Position numbers and translations under genes: made by a program
In this document: in pieces, positions 1 to 6,922 of the stretch
Numbering within the stretch: the first letter of the stretch is position 1
Layout: every line of letters starts with the position of its first letter
Source of the DNA: a virus
Reading direction: 5' to 3' (one strand)
IMG/VR virus record: IMGVR_UViG_3300035400_000018
DNA length: 42,617 nt
The notes under the pieces: generated by a model
Told to the model about the DNA's origin: nothing
What the model saw: the letters and a program-made list of their open reading frames with translations, nothing else
Database searches by the model: none

Positions 1-48
1 TGCATGGGGTGCAAGGGGTCGAAGGTTCGAATCCTTCCGTCCCGACCA
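1..48 (+). tRNA. 3' half of tRNA-Pro (anticodon GGG); the 5' half lies left of the window
   Basis: nt 1-3 TGC is the end of the anticodon-stem 5' strand. Loop ATGGGGT (4-10) has U33, anticodon GGG (6-8) and G37. Stem 3' strand GCAAG (11-15), variable loop GGGTC (16-20), T arm GAAGG-TTCGAAT-CCTTC (21-37), acceptor 3' strand CGTCCCG (38-44), discriminator A45, CCA 46-48. An implied C1:G72 pair plus A73 is the bacterial tRNA-Pro signature. Confidence 0.75.
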
Positions 49-61
49 AATAAAACGAAGA

Positions 62-93
62 GGGTCAGTGGCTTACGAGCACTGGCCCTTTTT
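62..93 (+). terminator. Intrinsic terminator of the tRNA-Pro gene (duplicated at 42552-42583)
   Basis: Stem GGGTCAGTG (62-70) / CACTGGCCC (80-88) with one G-U pair, 9-nt loop, then TTTTT (89-93). Confidence 0.7.
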
Positions 94-137
94 CGTTTCT
101 GGGCCGAATCAAAACAAAATCAAAATGGAATCAAAAC

Positions 138-1229
138 TCAGCCGGTAATCTCGCTCAAATCCAGGTCGGCCACGGCCTCGGTCCACACCACTTCTTCGTG
201 ATCCGCCTCGTAATTCTTCGTCATCTTCCGCGTGCTGTGCCCGGCCAGCTTTTGCCCATCCTTGCCCGCTTTCTTGTACAGGTGCAGGCTCAGGGCGCGC
301 AGCTCATGGAAGCCTGGTTGCTGTTCCGGTGACCAGTCTGGATACGGGTTGGCGGTGTCCCGTGCTGCCTTGAATGCCCGGGTGAGGTATCGGTTGTCCA
401 CCTGGGTCCAGTGGCGCGCCGTAGCCACCCGCCGGTCCGGCTTCCGGTGCACCAGAAAGGGGGAGGGCACATCATCCCGGCACCGGGCCACTACTGCCTT
501 CAGCTGAGGCGTCATCGGCAACCGAATCCAGGCGGCATCACTCGCGCGCCGCGTCTTGTGCTGGGCCACATGCAGCGCACCGTCGCGGATGTCATCGAAT
601 CGCATCGCCAGGATGTCCTCGCGGCGCTGGGCGGTGAGCAGGGCCAGGTCCATGGCGTTGCGCAACCAGGGTTCGGCGGCGGCATAGATCGCCTGGACGC
701 CGGCCACGGTATGCCGGCGCCGCGTCTTCTTCTCGGGCCTGGGTATCGTTGCCTCGGCGGGGTTGTCGGCCACCAGACCTTTTGCGGCCGCATGGTTGAA
801 CACATCCACTAGGATCGCTCGCGCCTGATTCGACGCCCGGGGCGTCAGCCCATCAAGAAACGCCGCGACCATGCCGATGGTGATCTGCCCGATGTCACGC
901 TCGCCCAGCGCTGCCCGAATCTGACGGAAGCGAACGGCGTAAAGATCCATCGTGGCCCGGGCCAGTTCCCGGGGCGGCAACACCTCGGCCTCGTAGTAGT
1001 CGAGGAACGCATTCAGGCCCATAGAGTCGCCCATTACGCCCGCCACCAGGTCGCCGCCGGCCATCAGTAGCCCGTTGAGCTGGCTTGCCGCCGCGATGGC
1101 CCTGGCCTTGTCGGTGCCCATGCCGTGCCATGTCCCCGTGTCCGGCCGGCGGTATTTGAACGCCCGCCCGTTCGCATAGAGGTTCGGCGGCAATCCGCTG
1201 TTTCGCTTCTTCCTGGGCCTTGGCGCCAT
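138..1229 (-). CDS. int: Tyrosine recombinase, lambda Int-like phage integrase (363 aa from ATG 1229)
   Basis: N-terminus MAPRPRKKRNSGLPPNLYANGRAFKYRRPDTG resembles the lambda Int arm-binding start (RRDLPPNLYIRNNGYYCYRDPRTGK). Catalytic-domain motifs TAQRREDIL, FHELRALS and LAGHSTRKMTKNYEAD (R, HxxR, H, Y). Located at the att site. The longer ORF start at 1304 was rejected in favour of the ATG overlapping the xis stop. Confidence 0.95.
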   Translation of the reverse strand: MAPRPRKKRNSGLPPNLYANGRAFKYRRPDTGTWHGMGTDKARAIAAASQLNGLLMAGGDLVAGVMGDSMGLNAFLDYYEAEVLPPRELARATMDLYAVRFRQIRAALGERDIGQITIGMVAAFLDGLTPRASNQARAILVDVFNHAAAKGLVADNPAEATIPRPEKKTRRRHTVAGVQAIYAAAEPWLRNAMDLALLTAQRREDILAMRFDDIRDGALHVAQHKTRRASDAAWIRLPMTPQLKAVVARCRDDVPSPFLVHRKPDRRVATARHWTQVDNRYLTRAFKAARDTANPYPDWSPEQQPGFHELRALSLHLYKKAGKDGQKLAGHSTRKMTKNYEADHEEVVWTEAVADLDLSEITG

Positions 1230-1441
1230 TATCCTGCCCTCAGTACCGCATCGACCAATTCGTCGCCAGTCTGGCGCTGGTACGCCGTCCAGTCCACAAA
1301 CCATAGCTTTCCCACCTGCTGCCCGGGCAGGTCGCCGCGCTTGAGCTGGTTCCGGATCGCCTGGGCGGTGAGCGGGGTGCCGTTCTCACCCCAGACCCGC
1401 CGCTGGAACTCGCCAATGTTGATCAGTTCTCGCTGGAGCAT
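1229..1441 (-). CDS. xis: Excisionase-like small DNA-binding protein (70 aa)
   Basis: Immediately upstream of int. Its stop and the int start overlap as TAATG (1231-1227). ATG 1441 is preceded by GGAGGAAGGAGG. Small basic protein MLQRELINIGEFQRRVWG... of typical Xis size. Confidence 0.65.
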   Translation of the reverse strand: MLQRELINIGEFQRRVWGENGTPLTAQAIRNQLKRGDLPGQQVGKLWFVDWTAYQRQTGDELVDAVLRAG

Positions 1442-1442
1442 T

Positions 1443-1703
1443 TCAGCCTCCTTCCTCCTGGGTGAGCAGGGCACGGGCCTCCGTCAGTGCCTCCGGCATT
1501 TCGCCATCGGCATAAAGCTGGCCGGCATCCCGGCAATCGCCCCATTCGCCATCCACCTTGACGGCGTAGATTTCGAGCATGTCGGCGGCTTTGGCGAGCG
1601 CTGTTTCCAGAGCTGCCATGCGCTCCCGCATCTCCGCCAGTTCCCTTTCGGCCACCGGGTTGCCGGCGGCTGCGTCGTCCAGGTCCAGATATTTGCCCAT
1701 CAT
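1443..1703 (-). CDS. Hypothetical small early protein (about 86 aa)
   Basis: ORF 1443..1751. ATGATG at 1703/1700 overlaps the upstream stop (ATGA) and follows GGGAGGG. Acidic, coiled-coil-like sequence. Confidence 0.5.
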   Translation of the reverse strand: MMGKYLDLDDAAAGNPVAERELAEMRERMAALETALAKAADMLEIYAVKVDGEWGDCRDAGQLYADGEMPEALTEARALLTQEEGG

Positions 1704-1936
1704 CCCTCCCTGCCGCGCTGGGCGGCGAACTGTTTGAGCGATTCCGCCCACGCTCGACGCTCGTCCCGTTGCCCCGCCTCGTAAGCCGCGTCGATCAGCC
1801 GTGCCAGCTCAGCGCCCACCCGGTCATCATCTAGCGCAACTGCCGCCGGACCAGCGCCCGGCACGTGGAAGCAGGCGGTGCCGGACCGATCCTCGGGCGC
1901 CGTGGAGTTTGCGTACCATTCGTATCTGAGTTTCAC
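1700..1936 (-). CDS. Hypothetical small early protein (78 aa, GTG start)
   Basis: In-frame GTG at 1936 overlaps the TGA of the upstream DUF551-like gene (GTGA). The longer ORF start at 2035 would overlap that gene by 100 nt. Confidence 0.4.
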   Translation of the reverse strand: MKLRYEWYANSTAPEDRSGTACFHVPGAGPAAVALDDDRVGAELARLIDAAYEAGQRDERRAWAESLKQFAAQRGREG

Positions 1937-2226
1937 TCGCCACCCCCACGCCCCTGGTGGGGCTCCGGCGGAGCGGGTAGCGGCATCCAGTGGGTGTATG
2001 GCGCCTTTTCGCTCGGACCTACGACGCTGCCGCAATCTGGCGGAGCGACAGCCAGGAAGTGCTCATAGCTCTCGCAGTGGGCAAACCAGTCTTCGTGGTC
2101 CTCGCTGATGAAATCGAAGTCGTAGCGCCCATTATCATCGTGGTCGCCCGGCTGGGGAGGCGTGTACACGACAACCAGGGCGCCCACTTCAGGCAGGGCA
2201 TCCTCAATGCTGATCCACTCACCCAT
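1933..2226 (-). CDS. DUF551-like phage protein (97 aa)
   Basis: MGEWISIEDALPEVGALVVVY...THWMPLPAPPE matches the remembered DUF551 pattern (WISVED-LPE ... W-PLP-PP). GGAGG lies upstream of ATG 2226. Confidence 0.65.
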   Translation of the reverse strand: MGEWISIEDALPEVGALVVVYTPPQPGDHDDNGRYDFDFISEDHEDWFAHCESYEHFLAVAPPDCGSVVGPSEKAPYTHWMPLPAPPEPHQGRGGGE

Positions 2227-2500
2227 GCTCCCCTCCCTCTGCCATGGCGGCAGCGGCGCGGACGATGGCGCGACGGGTTTTATATAGCTCGTCCTGCATC
2301 GCTAATTCTGCATAGCCATCAAACTCCGGGCGGATGCCTAGCGCCACCATTAGCCGGAATGCGTCGCCGTCGTCTTCCAGGGGGTTCCAGCGAGACAGCA
2401 CACCGGTAAAGTAGGCTTCGCTGTCATGCCAGGATTCCGGCCATTCTCCGGCCGCCTTCGCGGCCAGCTCCAGCAGCTCGCGGTCTGTGCGCTCAGTCAT
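2219..2500 (-). CDS. Hypothetical small phage protein (93 aa)
   Basis: ATG 2500 lies 7 nt after AGGAG. Sequence MTERTDRELLELAAKAAGEWPE.... The long ORF start at 2773 was rejected because it overlaps the next gene in another frame. Confidence 0.55.
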   Translation of the reverse strand: MTERTDRELLELAAKAAGEWPESWHDSEAYFTGVLSRWNPLEDDGDAFRLMVALGIRPEFDGYAELAMQDELYKTRRAIVRAAAAMAEGGEHG

Positions 2501-2789
2501 TGGGGTGCTCCTTGGGATGGCCCGGCTGTTCGCAAAGGCTTTTCTTGCCCACAATCTCCATCCCCTTGTCCGTGAATATCCGGCGCTCGAAGTCGCGAAC
2601 CTGAGGATGGTTGCCGTGAGTGCCCTGCTCGCTACGCCTGAGCCGCATAAATACCCTGGATGTGCCGCTATCCCCGGCCACAATTTCGTAGCTGTCGGCT
2701 GAGAGGACATCCATGTGATCCAGCTTAACTGCCCACCCCAGTCGGATCGCCCCAACGACCGCGTTATATGCAAGCCTCGCTGAGATCAT
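2493..2789 (-). CDS. Hypothetical protein (98 aa)
   Basis: The ATG overlaps the upstream stop (ATGA at 2789-2786). The 8-nt overlap with the downstream start is typical of the coupled chain. Confidence 0.45.
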   Translation of the reverse strand: MISARLAYNAVVGAIRLGWAVKLDHMDVLSADSYEIVAGDSGTSRVFMRLRRSEQGTHGNHPQVRDFERRIFTDKGMEIVGKKSLCEQPGHPKEHPND

Positions 2790-3382
2790 GACTCACCCTC
2801 CTTCCCGGCGCGGAGGCGGGCGGCGGCGAGCTGAGATTCAATGCGCTTACAGACTTCGCACTGGTGCTCCCAGTAACCGTCGGGGTCTGCCGTCTTCGAT
2901 AGCGTCTTGACGGCGTCATGGAAGTCACGGAAGTGCGTGAGCATATCTTCCGGCACCAGGGCGTACCCCTCCGGCACCGCCACCTGGGGCGCCTGATCTT
3001 TCAGCAGCCCCAGCAAGTGCTCTTTCTCACGATGCAGGGCGCGATATGCCGGGCTGGACTTGATGGCCGTCTCGGTCAGGCCCGCCACCTGGGGCGCGGG
3101 GTGGGTGTAGACTTCATAGGTGCCCGGCTCCAAATCCATGGCAGGCAACAGAGCGCGGAATTCATCGCTACCGTAGTTGTCAATAGTAAGGGTGCCCACC
3201 GGTTCCCCCTCGGCATGGGAGAGGGGCCGAGCCGCCCACGCCGCCTTGAAGCCCGCTTCAAACGTGGTTTCCTTGTCGCGGGTGCGCATGATCTGGGGCC
3301 GCGCCTCAAAATACTGGTCGGTATCGTGCGCCATCTGCGCTTCCATTTCAGCGATGTCTCGCTCTCTCTGCTGCTCAGCCAT
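2786..3382 (-). CDS. Hypothetical protein (198 aa)
   Basis: ATG 3382 lies 6 nt after AGGAG. No recognisable motif. Confidence 0.6.
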   Translation of the reverse strand: MAEQQRERDIAEMEAQMAHDTDQYFEARPQIMRTRDKETTFEAGFKAAWAARPLSHAEGEPVGTLTIDNYGSDEFRALLPAMDLEPGTYEVYTHPAPQVAGLTETAIKSSPAYRALHREKEHLLGLLKDQAPQVAVPEGYALVPEDMLTHFRDFHDAVKTLSKTADPDGYWEHQCEVCKRIESQLAAARLRAGKEGES

Positions 3383-3391
3383 TGCGATCTC

Positions 3392-3685
3392 CTAAAACTC
3401 GAATTCCCACCGGTAACCGGCGCTGATGACGTTGAATCCGTGGTCCTGGCCCGTCTCCACACTGCTGACGTGCTGGCCCTGGATGAACCAGTTGCGGTAG
3501 CTGATGCCGGCCTCCACCGAGCCCACCAGGGGCGGCAGATCCATCGTGTATTCCCCGGAGTAGCGTTCGCTCTCGTAGGTCCAGCGTTCGGTCATCCCGA
3601 TCTGGTAGCCCATGCCGCCCTGGACGTAGATCGTCGGGTCGGCCAGGGCGCAGCAGGGGAGCAGTAGCAGTGCGTAGCGGATCAT
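3392..3685 (-). CDS. Small secreted, outer-membrane beta-strand-like protein (97 aa)
   Basis: Signal-peptide-like MIRYALLLLPCCALA, alternating hydrophobic/polar segments, and a C-terminal YRWEFEF (aromatic terminal residue as in OMP beta-signals). ATG 3685 follows GAGGAG. Confidence 0.5.
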   Translation of the reverse strand: MIRYALLLLPCCALADPTIYVQGGMGYQIGMTERWTYESERYSGEYTMDLPPLVGSVEAGISYRNWFIQGQHVSSVETGQDHGFNVISAGYRWEFEF

Positions 3686-3695
3686 GGGCGGCTCC

Positions 3696-4103
3696 TCAGA
3701 ACGGCAGATCATCGGGGTCGTCTAAATCATCCGCCGGGGCGGATTGCTGGCCGCTGCCGGTATTGGCCGGCTCGTACCCCTGGGGGCTGCCGGCCTGGCG
3801 CGGCTCGCCCTGCAGCTCGATCTCGCGCACCAGCACTTCCAGCGACATGCGCGTCTCGCCGTTGGATTCGTACTCCCGCGCCTTGAACTCGCCGCTGATG
3901 GTGGCCTTGCCCGCTTTCAGGATATGAGGCGCCAGTTTCTCGCCCCTTTCCCCGAAGATGACGGCTGTCACCCATGAGGTGTGCCTGTTCTCGCCCCAGC
4001 CGGCTTCCACCGGACAGCGAACCGTGGTGATGGCCTTGCCGTTGGGCGTGTAGCGAACAGAGGCGTCTTGGCCGAAGCGGGTGGTGAAGGTCAGAATGTT
4101 CAT
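3696..4103 (-). CDS. ssb: Single-stranded DNA-binding protein
   Basis: OB-fold-like N-terminus (MNILTFTTRFGQDASVRYTPNGKA...WVTAVIFGERGE), a Gly/Pro/Gln-rich linker and the acidic tail DDLDDPDDLPF. Confidence 0.95.
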   Translation of the reverse strand: MNILTFTTRFGQDASVRYTPNGKAITTVRCPVEAGWGENRHTSWVTAVIFGERGEKLAPHILKAGKATISGEFKAREYESNGETRMSLEVLVREIELQGEPRQAGSPQGYEPANTGSGQQSAPADDLDDPDDLPF

Positions 4104-4510
4104 TCGTCATCCTCGAAAAATTCATCAACGGAAGGGTTCTGGGGCCAGTTGGTGATAACCCCGTCCTCATTGATGCACAGCTCCACGTAGTCCCCAAAAG
4201 AGCCAGGAACAAGGCCATGCGGAACGTATCCATTGAGCACAGCAACAAGCCGGCCAGATGCATCGAACAGGGTATAAATGCCGGCATCGCAAACCTTTAC
4301 GTGCATCTGTCGGGCTTCACCCTTCGGCCACCCCTCGATGATCCCGCTATCCACATCAACCTTGGCGGACCAGAAACTCTTTGTGTCGTCGAGCAAAGGA
4401 AAGTCGGTCGGCATGTCGTCGTCATCGCTGTCGCCGATATGGCGCGGCGCGATTTCAATCAGGACTGCTTTAATCTCGATTTCCTTCTCTATCTTTACCT
4501 TGGCTTTCAT
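4100..4510 (-). CDS. Hypothetical acidic protein (136 aa)
   Basis: ATG 4510 follows GGAGAGAG. Coupled to ssb (overlap 4100-4103). C-terminal acidic tail FFEDDE. The N-terminal extension to GTG 4669 was rejected (see rejected list). Confidence 0.6.
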   Translation of the reverse strand: MKAKVKIEKEIEIKAVLIEIAPRHIGDSDDDDMPTDFPLLDDTKSFWSAKVDVDSGIIEGWPKGEARQMHVKVCDAGIYTLFDASGRLVAVLNGYVPHGLVPGSFGDYVELCINEDGVITNWPQNPSVDEFFEDDE

Positions 4511-4919
4511 ATCTCTCTCCGTTGTCAGTTCCCCCGAAGGGGATGCGGTGGCCGGTGCTGATCTCCGGCTTCGGTGGTCACGTAACCGCGTCGAATTGGT
4601 CATGCGTGAACCAGGGCGTGAACCCGGGCGCTTGGCAACTCGATACAGCGCATCAGCCTGCGCATTCACCGCATCGGAGGTGTGATCTGGCGGCGGTGTT
4701 CTCGGGAGCCCGTGGCCAGCGCCCCGCCGCGCGTCCCTCAGCTTTTCAGATCACACCCCGATAAGGTGGGCCGGTTACGCCGGCCAGACGCCGGGGCTTT
4801 CTCCCGGGCGGTGCATGACTGCCAATCCTCCGTTCTGCTGCCGCCGATTCAGGGCTGGCGGCTGTGGCCTCGCGAAAATGTCAGCGGGTAAGGCCCGCCA
4901 CTCCCCGGTGAGCGCCGGA
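4511..4919 (-). other. 409-nt ORF-free, GC-rich, hairpin-dense spacer inside the early-left operon (candidate structured RNA or gene remnant)
   Basis: No credible minus-strand ORF. Perfect 11-bp inverted repeat 4679-4689/4747-4757 enclosing a 7-bp stem 4690-4696/4724-4730. Hairpin 4769-4785. Tandem 12-nt repeat 4604-4627. Confidence 0.4.
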
Positions 4920-5969
4920 TTAAGCTGCTTGCTCCATGGCCTGGATGTACTCGACGGCGTCGGCGGACAGGTGCTTGAGCACGAACGCGCGTTCGTCGGC
5001 GTCCAGCTCGCCCAGCACTTCCTCGACGGCGCCACGGTCATCGCTGGCCACCGCGTCGTGGATCGCGTCTTTGATGTCGTTGAGCTGCGCGATGCCCTGG
5101 TGTTCCAGCTCCGCCGCCTGCTTCTTGCCTTCGACCTTGTGGCCCTTGTCGAAGCTGTTGTAGAGCGCAATCCAGACGTGGTCGGGCAGGGATAGCCGCA
5201 TCATGTAGAACTTCAGCGCATCGCACTTGCGTAGCAGCTCCATAAACTCGGTGTGCTGCTCAATGGTGTAGGCGGTGCCCTCGGATTGGTGCAGGGCCTC
5301 GACGGCCAGATCCACCCGGCGCCGGTTCGGCGTTTGTGGCCACGACTTGTAGGCCCGCTTGAGGATGGTTTTCTTCGCCATTTCCTCGTACCACTGTTTC
5401 CACGGGCCGCCGCCTTTCTGGTACGCCTTGCTGGTGTCCCGAATCTTGTTGATTTCCTCCACCGGCATGACTTCCGTGAGGATTTCGCCGTCAGGCAGCT
5501 TGGCGATGCAGTAGCCGCCCTTGAGGGCGCCCCGGTCGCTGAACGGGTCCGCTTCATGCATCGGCGCCTCAGCCGGGCCGCGCCATGAGAATTTGTCGTG
5601 CTCGTAGACCAGCTCGACCTTTGCCCACTTGATGGCGCCGGCATCGGTGGCGATCTTGGAAAGGCCGCGATAGCTAATGTCCAGGCAGATCGCGCCATCA
5701 CGCGGCACCAGGTAGGCATGGGCGCTGGCCGGGTTCAGGCTGATACCGATGGCCGCCACGTTCAGCACTGCGGCTTGCAAGCTGCCCGGATTATTCGCTG
5801 CCGTCTTCAGCGTGAACTCGTTCTTGAGCAGCTGCTGGCGGGCAAACAGGCACTCCTGCGCGAAATCCACCAGGGAGCCGTTCGCGGCGTCCAGCTCCAT
5901 GAACTTCGATTCCTGCCGCTTCACGATGTCGATGGCGGCCAGGGCCATGTCTTTGGTGTTGTTACCCAT
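4920..5969 (-). CDS. recT: RecT-family single-strand annealing recombinase (349 aa)
   Basis: Motifs recalled for RecT: AAIGISLNPASAHAYLVPRDG, ISYRGL, GGGPWKQWYEEMAKKTILKRAYKSWP. AGGAG lies 6 nt before ATG 5969. There is an extra C-terminal segment of about 100 aa. Confidence 0.9.
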   Translation of the reverse strand: MGNNTKDMALAAIDIVKRQESKFMELDAANGSLVDFAQECLFARQQLLKNEFTLKTAANNPGSLQAAVLNVAAIGISLNPASAHAYLVPRDGAICLDISYRGLSKIATDAGAIKWAKVELVYEHDKFSWRGPAEAPMHEADPFSDRGALKGGYCIAKLPDGEILTEVMPVEEINKIRDTSKAYQKGGGPWKQWYEEMAKKTILKRAYKSWPQTPNRRRVDLAVEALHQSEGTAYTIEQHTEFMELLRKCDALKFYMMRLSLPDHVWIALYNSFDKGHKVEGKKQAAELEHQGIAQLNDIKDAIHDAVASDDRGAVEEVLGELDADERAFVLKHLSADAVEYIQAMEQAA

Positions 5970-5978
5970 GTCGTGCTC

Positions 5979-6359
5979 CTAAAACGATGTCCGTGAATAC
6001 TGCTCAATAAGGCGGGCGTTCTCGGCCTCCAGGGCGGCGATCTTCTTATCCTTGGGGCAGGCCGGCATGGCCTTAATCAGAGAATCCCGCAAAAGATCCC
6101 ACTGCTCGTTGGTCACAGAGAGGCGCACGGACATACCGTTAGATGCGCTGATGACTACCTGCTCACCGTCTCTTTCAAGCCGACCGATCAGGAGGTTTTT
6201 TGCCGCCTCGTTGAGCTGGATCTGTACGTTTTGGAAGGTGTCAAATTCTGCGTGCGGCAGAATGTCGCAGTAGGCAGACTCCAGAACATCCTCCGCAGCA
6301 TCGCGCATCTTCTTTTTGAACTGCTCAATTAGCTGGTTCGTTTTCTCTTCAATGTTCAT
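5979..6359 (-). CDS. Hypothetical protein (126 aa), AT-richer cassette
   Basis: ATG 6359 with the same 15-nt RBS/start context as recT (CATGTCGTGCTCCTA on the plus strand). Visibly lower G+C than its neighbours. Confidence 0.6.
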   Translation of the reverse strand: MNIEEKTNQLIEQFKKKMRDAAEDVLESAYCDILPHAEFDTFQNVQIQLNEAAKNLLIGRLERDGEQVVISASNGMSVRLSVTNEQWDLLRDSLIKAMPACPKDKKIAALEAENARLIEQYSRTSF

Positions 6360-6374
6360 GTCGTGCTCCTATCG

Positions 6375-6398
6375 AATAAAAGGCGGGGCGGACCCCGC
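6375..6398 (-). terminator. Intrinsic terminator inside the early-left operon
   Basis: Minus strand reads GCGGGG-TCCG-CCCCGC followed by CTTTTATT. Lies between genes 6411..6605 and 5979..6359. Confidence 0.5.
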
Positions 6399-6410
6399 AA
6401 AACAACCGAA

Positions 6411-6605
6411 TCAGCGCTCGGTTTGTGCAATTCGTTTTGGGCAGTCGTAGCCCTCTGCTGTCTCTGCCGGCCAGTGACCCGCCGCGACCATGGCGCAAGC
6501 CTCGCGCTCTTCAGCCAGGGCAGTGCGGTAGTCTTCGTTGCCGATCTGTCCGAGAAGGAGGATCAGGCCAGCGGCCGCTACGGTTGCTGCGAGGAAATTG
6601 CTCAT
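6411..6605 (-). CDS. Small membrane protein (64 aa)
   Basis: N-terminal hydrophobic helix FLAATVAAAGLILLLGQIG. The start overlaps the upstream stop (ATGA). Confidence 0.45.
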   Translation of the reverse strand: MSNFLAATVAAAGLILLLGQIGNEDYRTALAEEREACAMVAAGHWPAETAEGYDCPKRIAQTER

Positions 6606-6922
6606 GCCGGCACCCCGCTTTTCAGGTGGTCCATCAGCGAATCAAAGGTGAAGTCGCTGGGCTGGTGGTCGGTGCGGTCGTCGAGGCGGCGGACATCAGC
6701 ACAGGTCACGTGCAGAGAATCGCCTCCCTCAATCATTACCACCGGCTCGCACGCCAGTTCTCGCGCCCAATCCTCTCCCGGTCCGATAACCCTGAGCGGA
6801 ACTCCGAGACACCAAGCCAGTCGTGGCGCCACGTGGGAGGTGTCGGTGGGGCCGACATAAACCACCCGATCCCCAGCCCGCAGCGGGCGCCCGTTTACGT
6901 CGTGTCCAAGGATCTCGCTCAT
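6602..6922 (-). CDS. Hypothetical protein (106 aa)
   Basis: ATGA start/stop overlap at 6922-6919. No recognised motif. Confidence 0.55.
   Translation of the reverse strand: MSEILGHDVNGRPLRAGDRVVYVGPTDTSHVAPRLAWCLGVPLRVIGPGEDWARELACEPVVMIEGGDSLHVTCADVRRLDDRTDHQPSDFTFDSLMDHLKSGVPA

Larger units (their letters stand above)
1..127 (+). repeat. attL: left copy of the 127-bp direct repeat (tRNA-Pro 3' half plus downstream terminator)
   Basis: nt 1-127 are identical to 42491-42617. The window is cut exactly at the repeat ends, so the identity block may be longer. The integrase stop codon is at 138, 11 nt away. Confidence 0.9.

Noticed and set aside
1-48. The att-site RNA fragment could have been the 3' end of tmRNA (ssrA), a common prophage target with a T arm and ACCA end.
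   Set aside because: tmRNA needs a GGG... 5' end pairing with ...CCC/UCC-A-CCA, including a G3:U70 pair. Here the acceptor 3' strand CGTCCCG ends in G72, implying C1. A canonical 7-nt anticodon loop with U33-GGG-G37 and a 5-nt variable loop precede the T arm. That fits tRNA-Pro.
4511-4669. N-terminal extension of ORF 4100..4669 (GTG 4669) that would fill part of the recT-ssb gap.
   Set aside because: Third-position G+C is only 29/53 by hand count. The sequence is Arg/Ser/Pro-rich, with PGSRPGSR produced by a 12-nt tandem DNA repeat. The ATG at 4510 has a good GGAGAGAG RBS.
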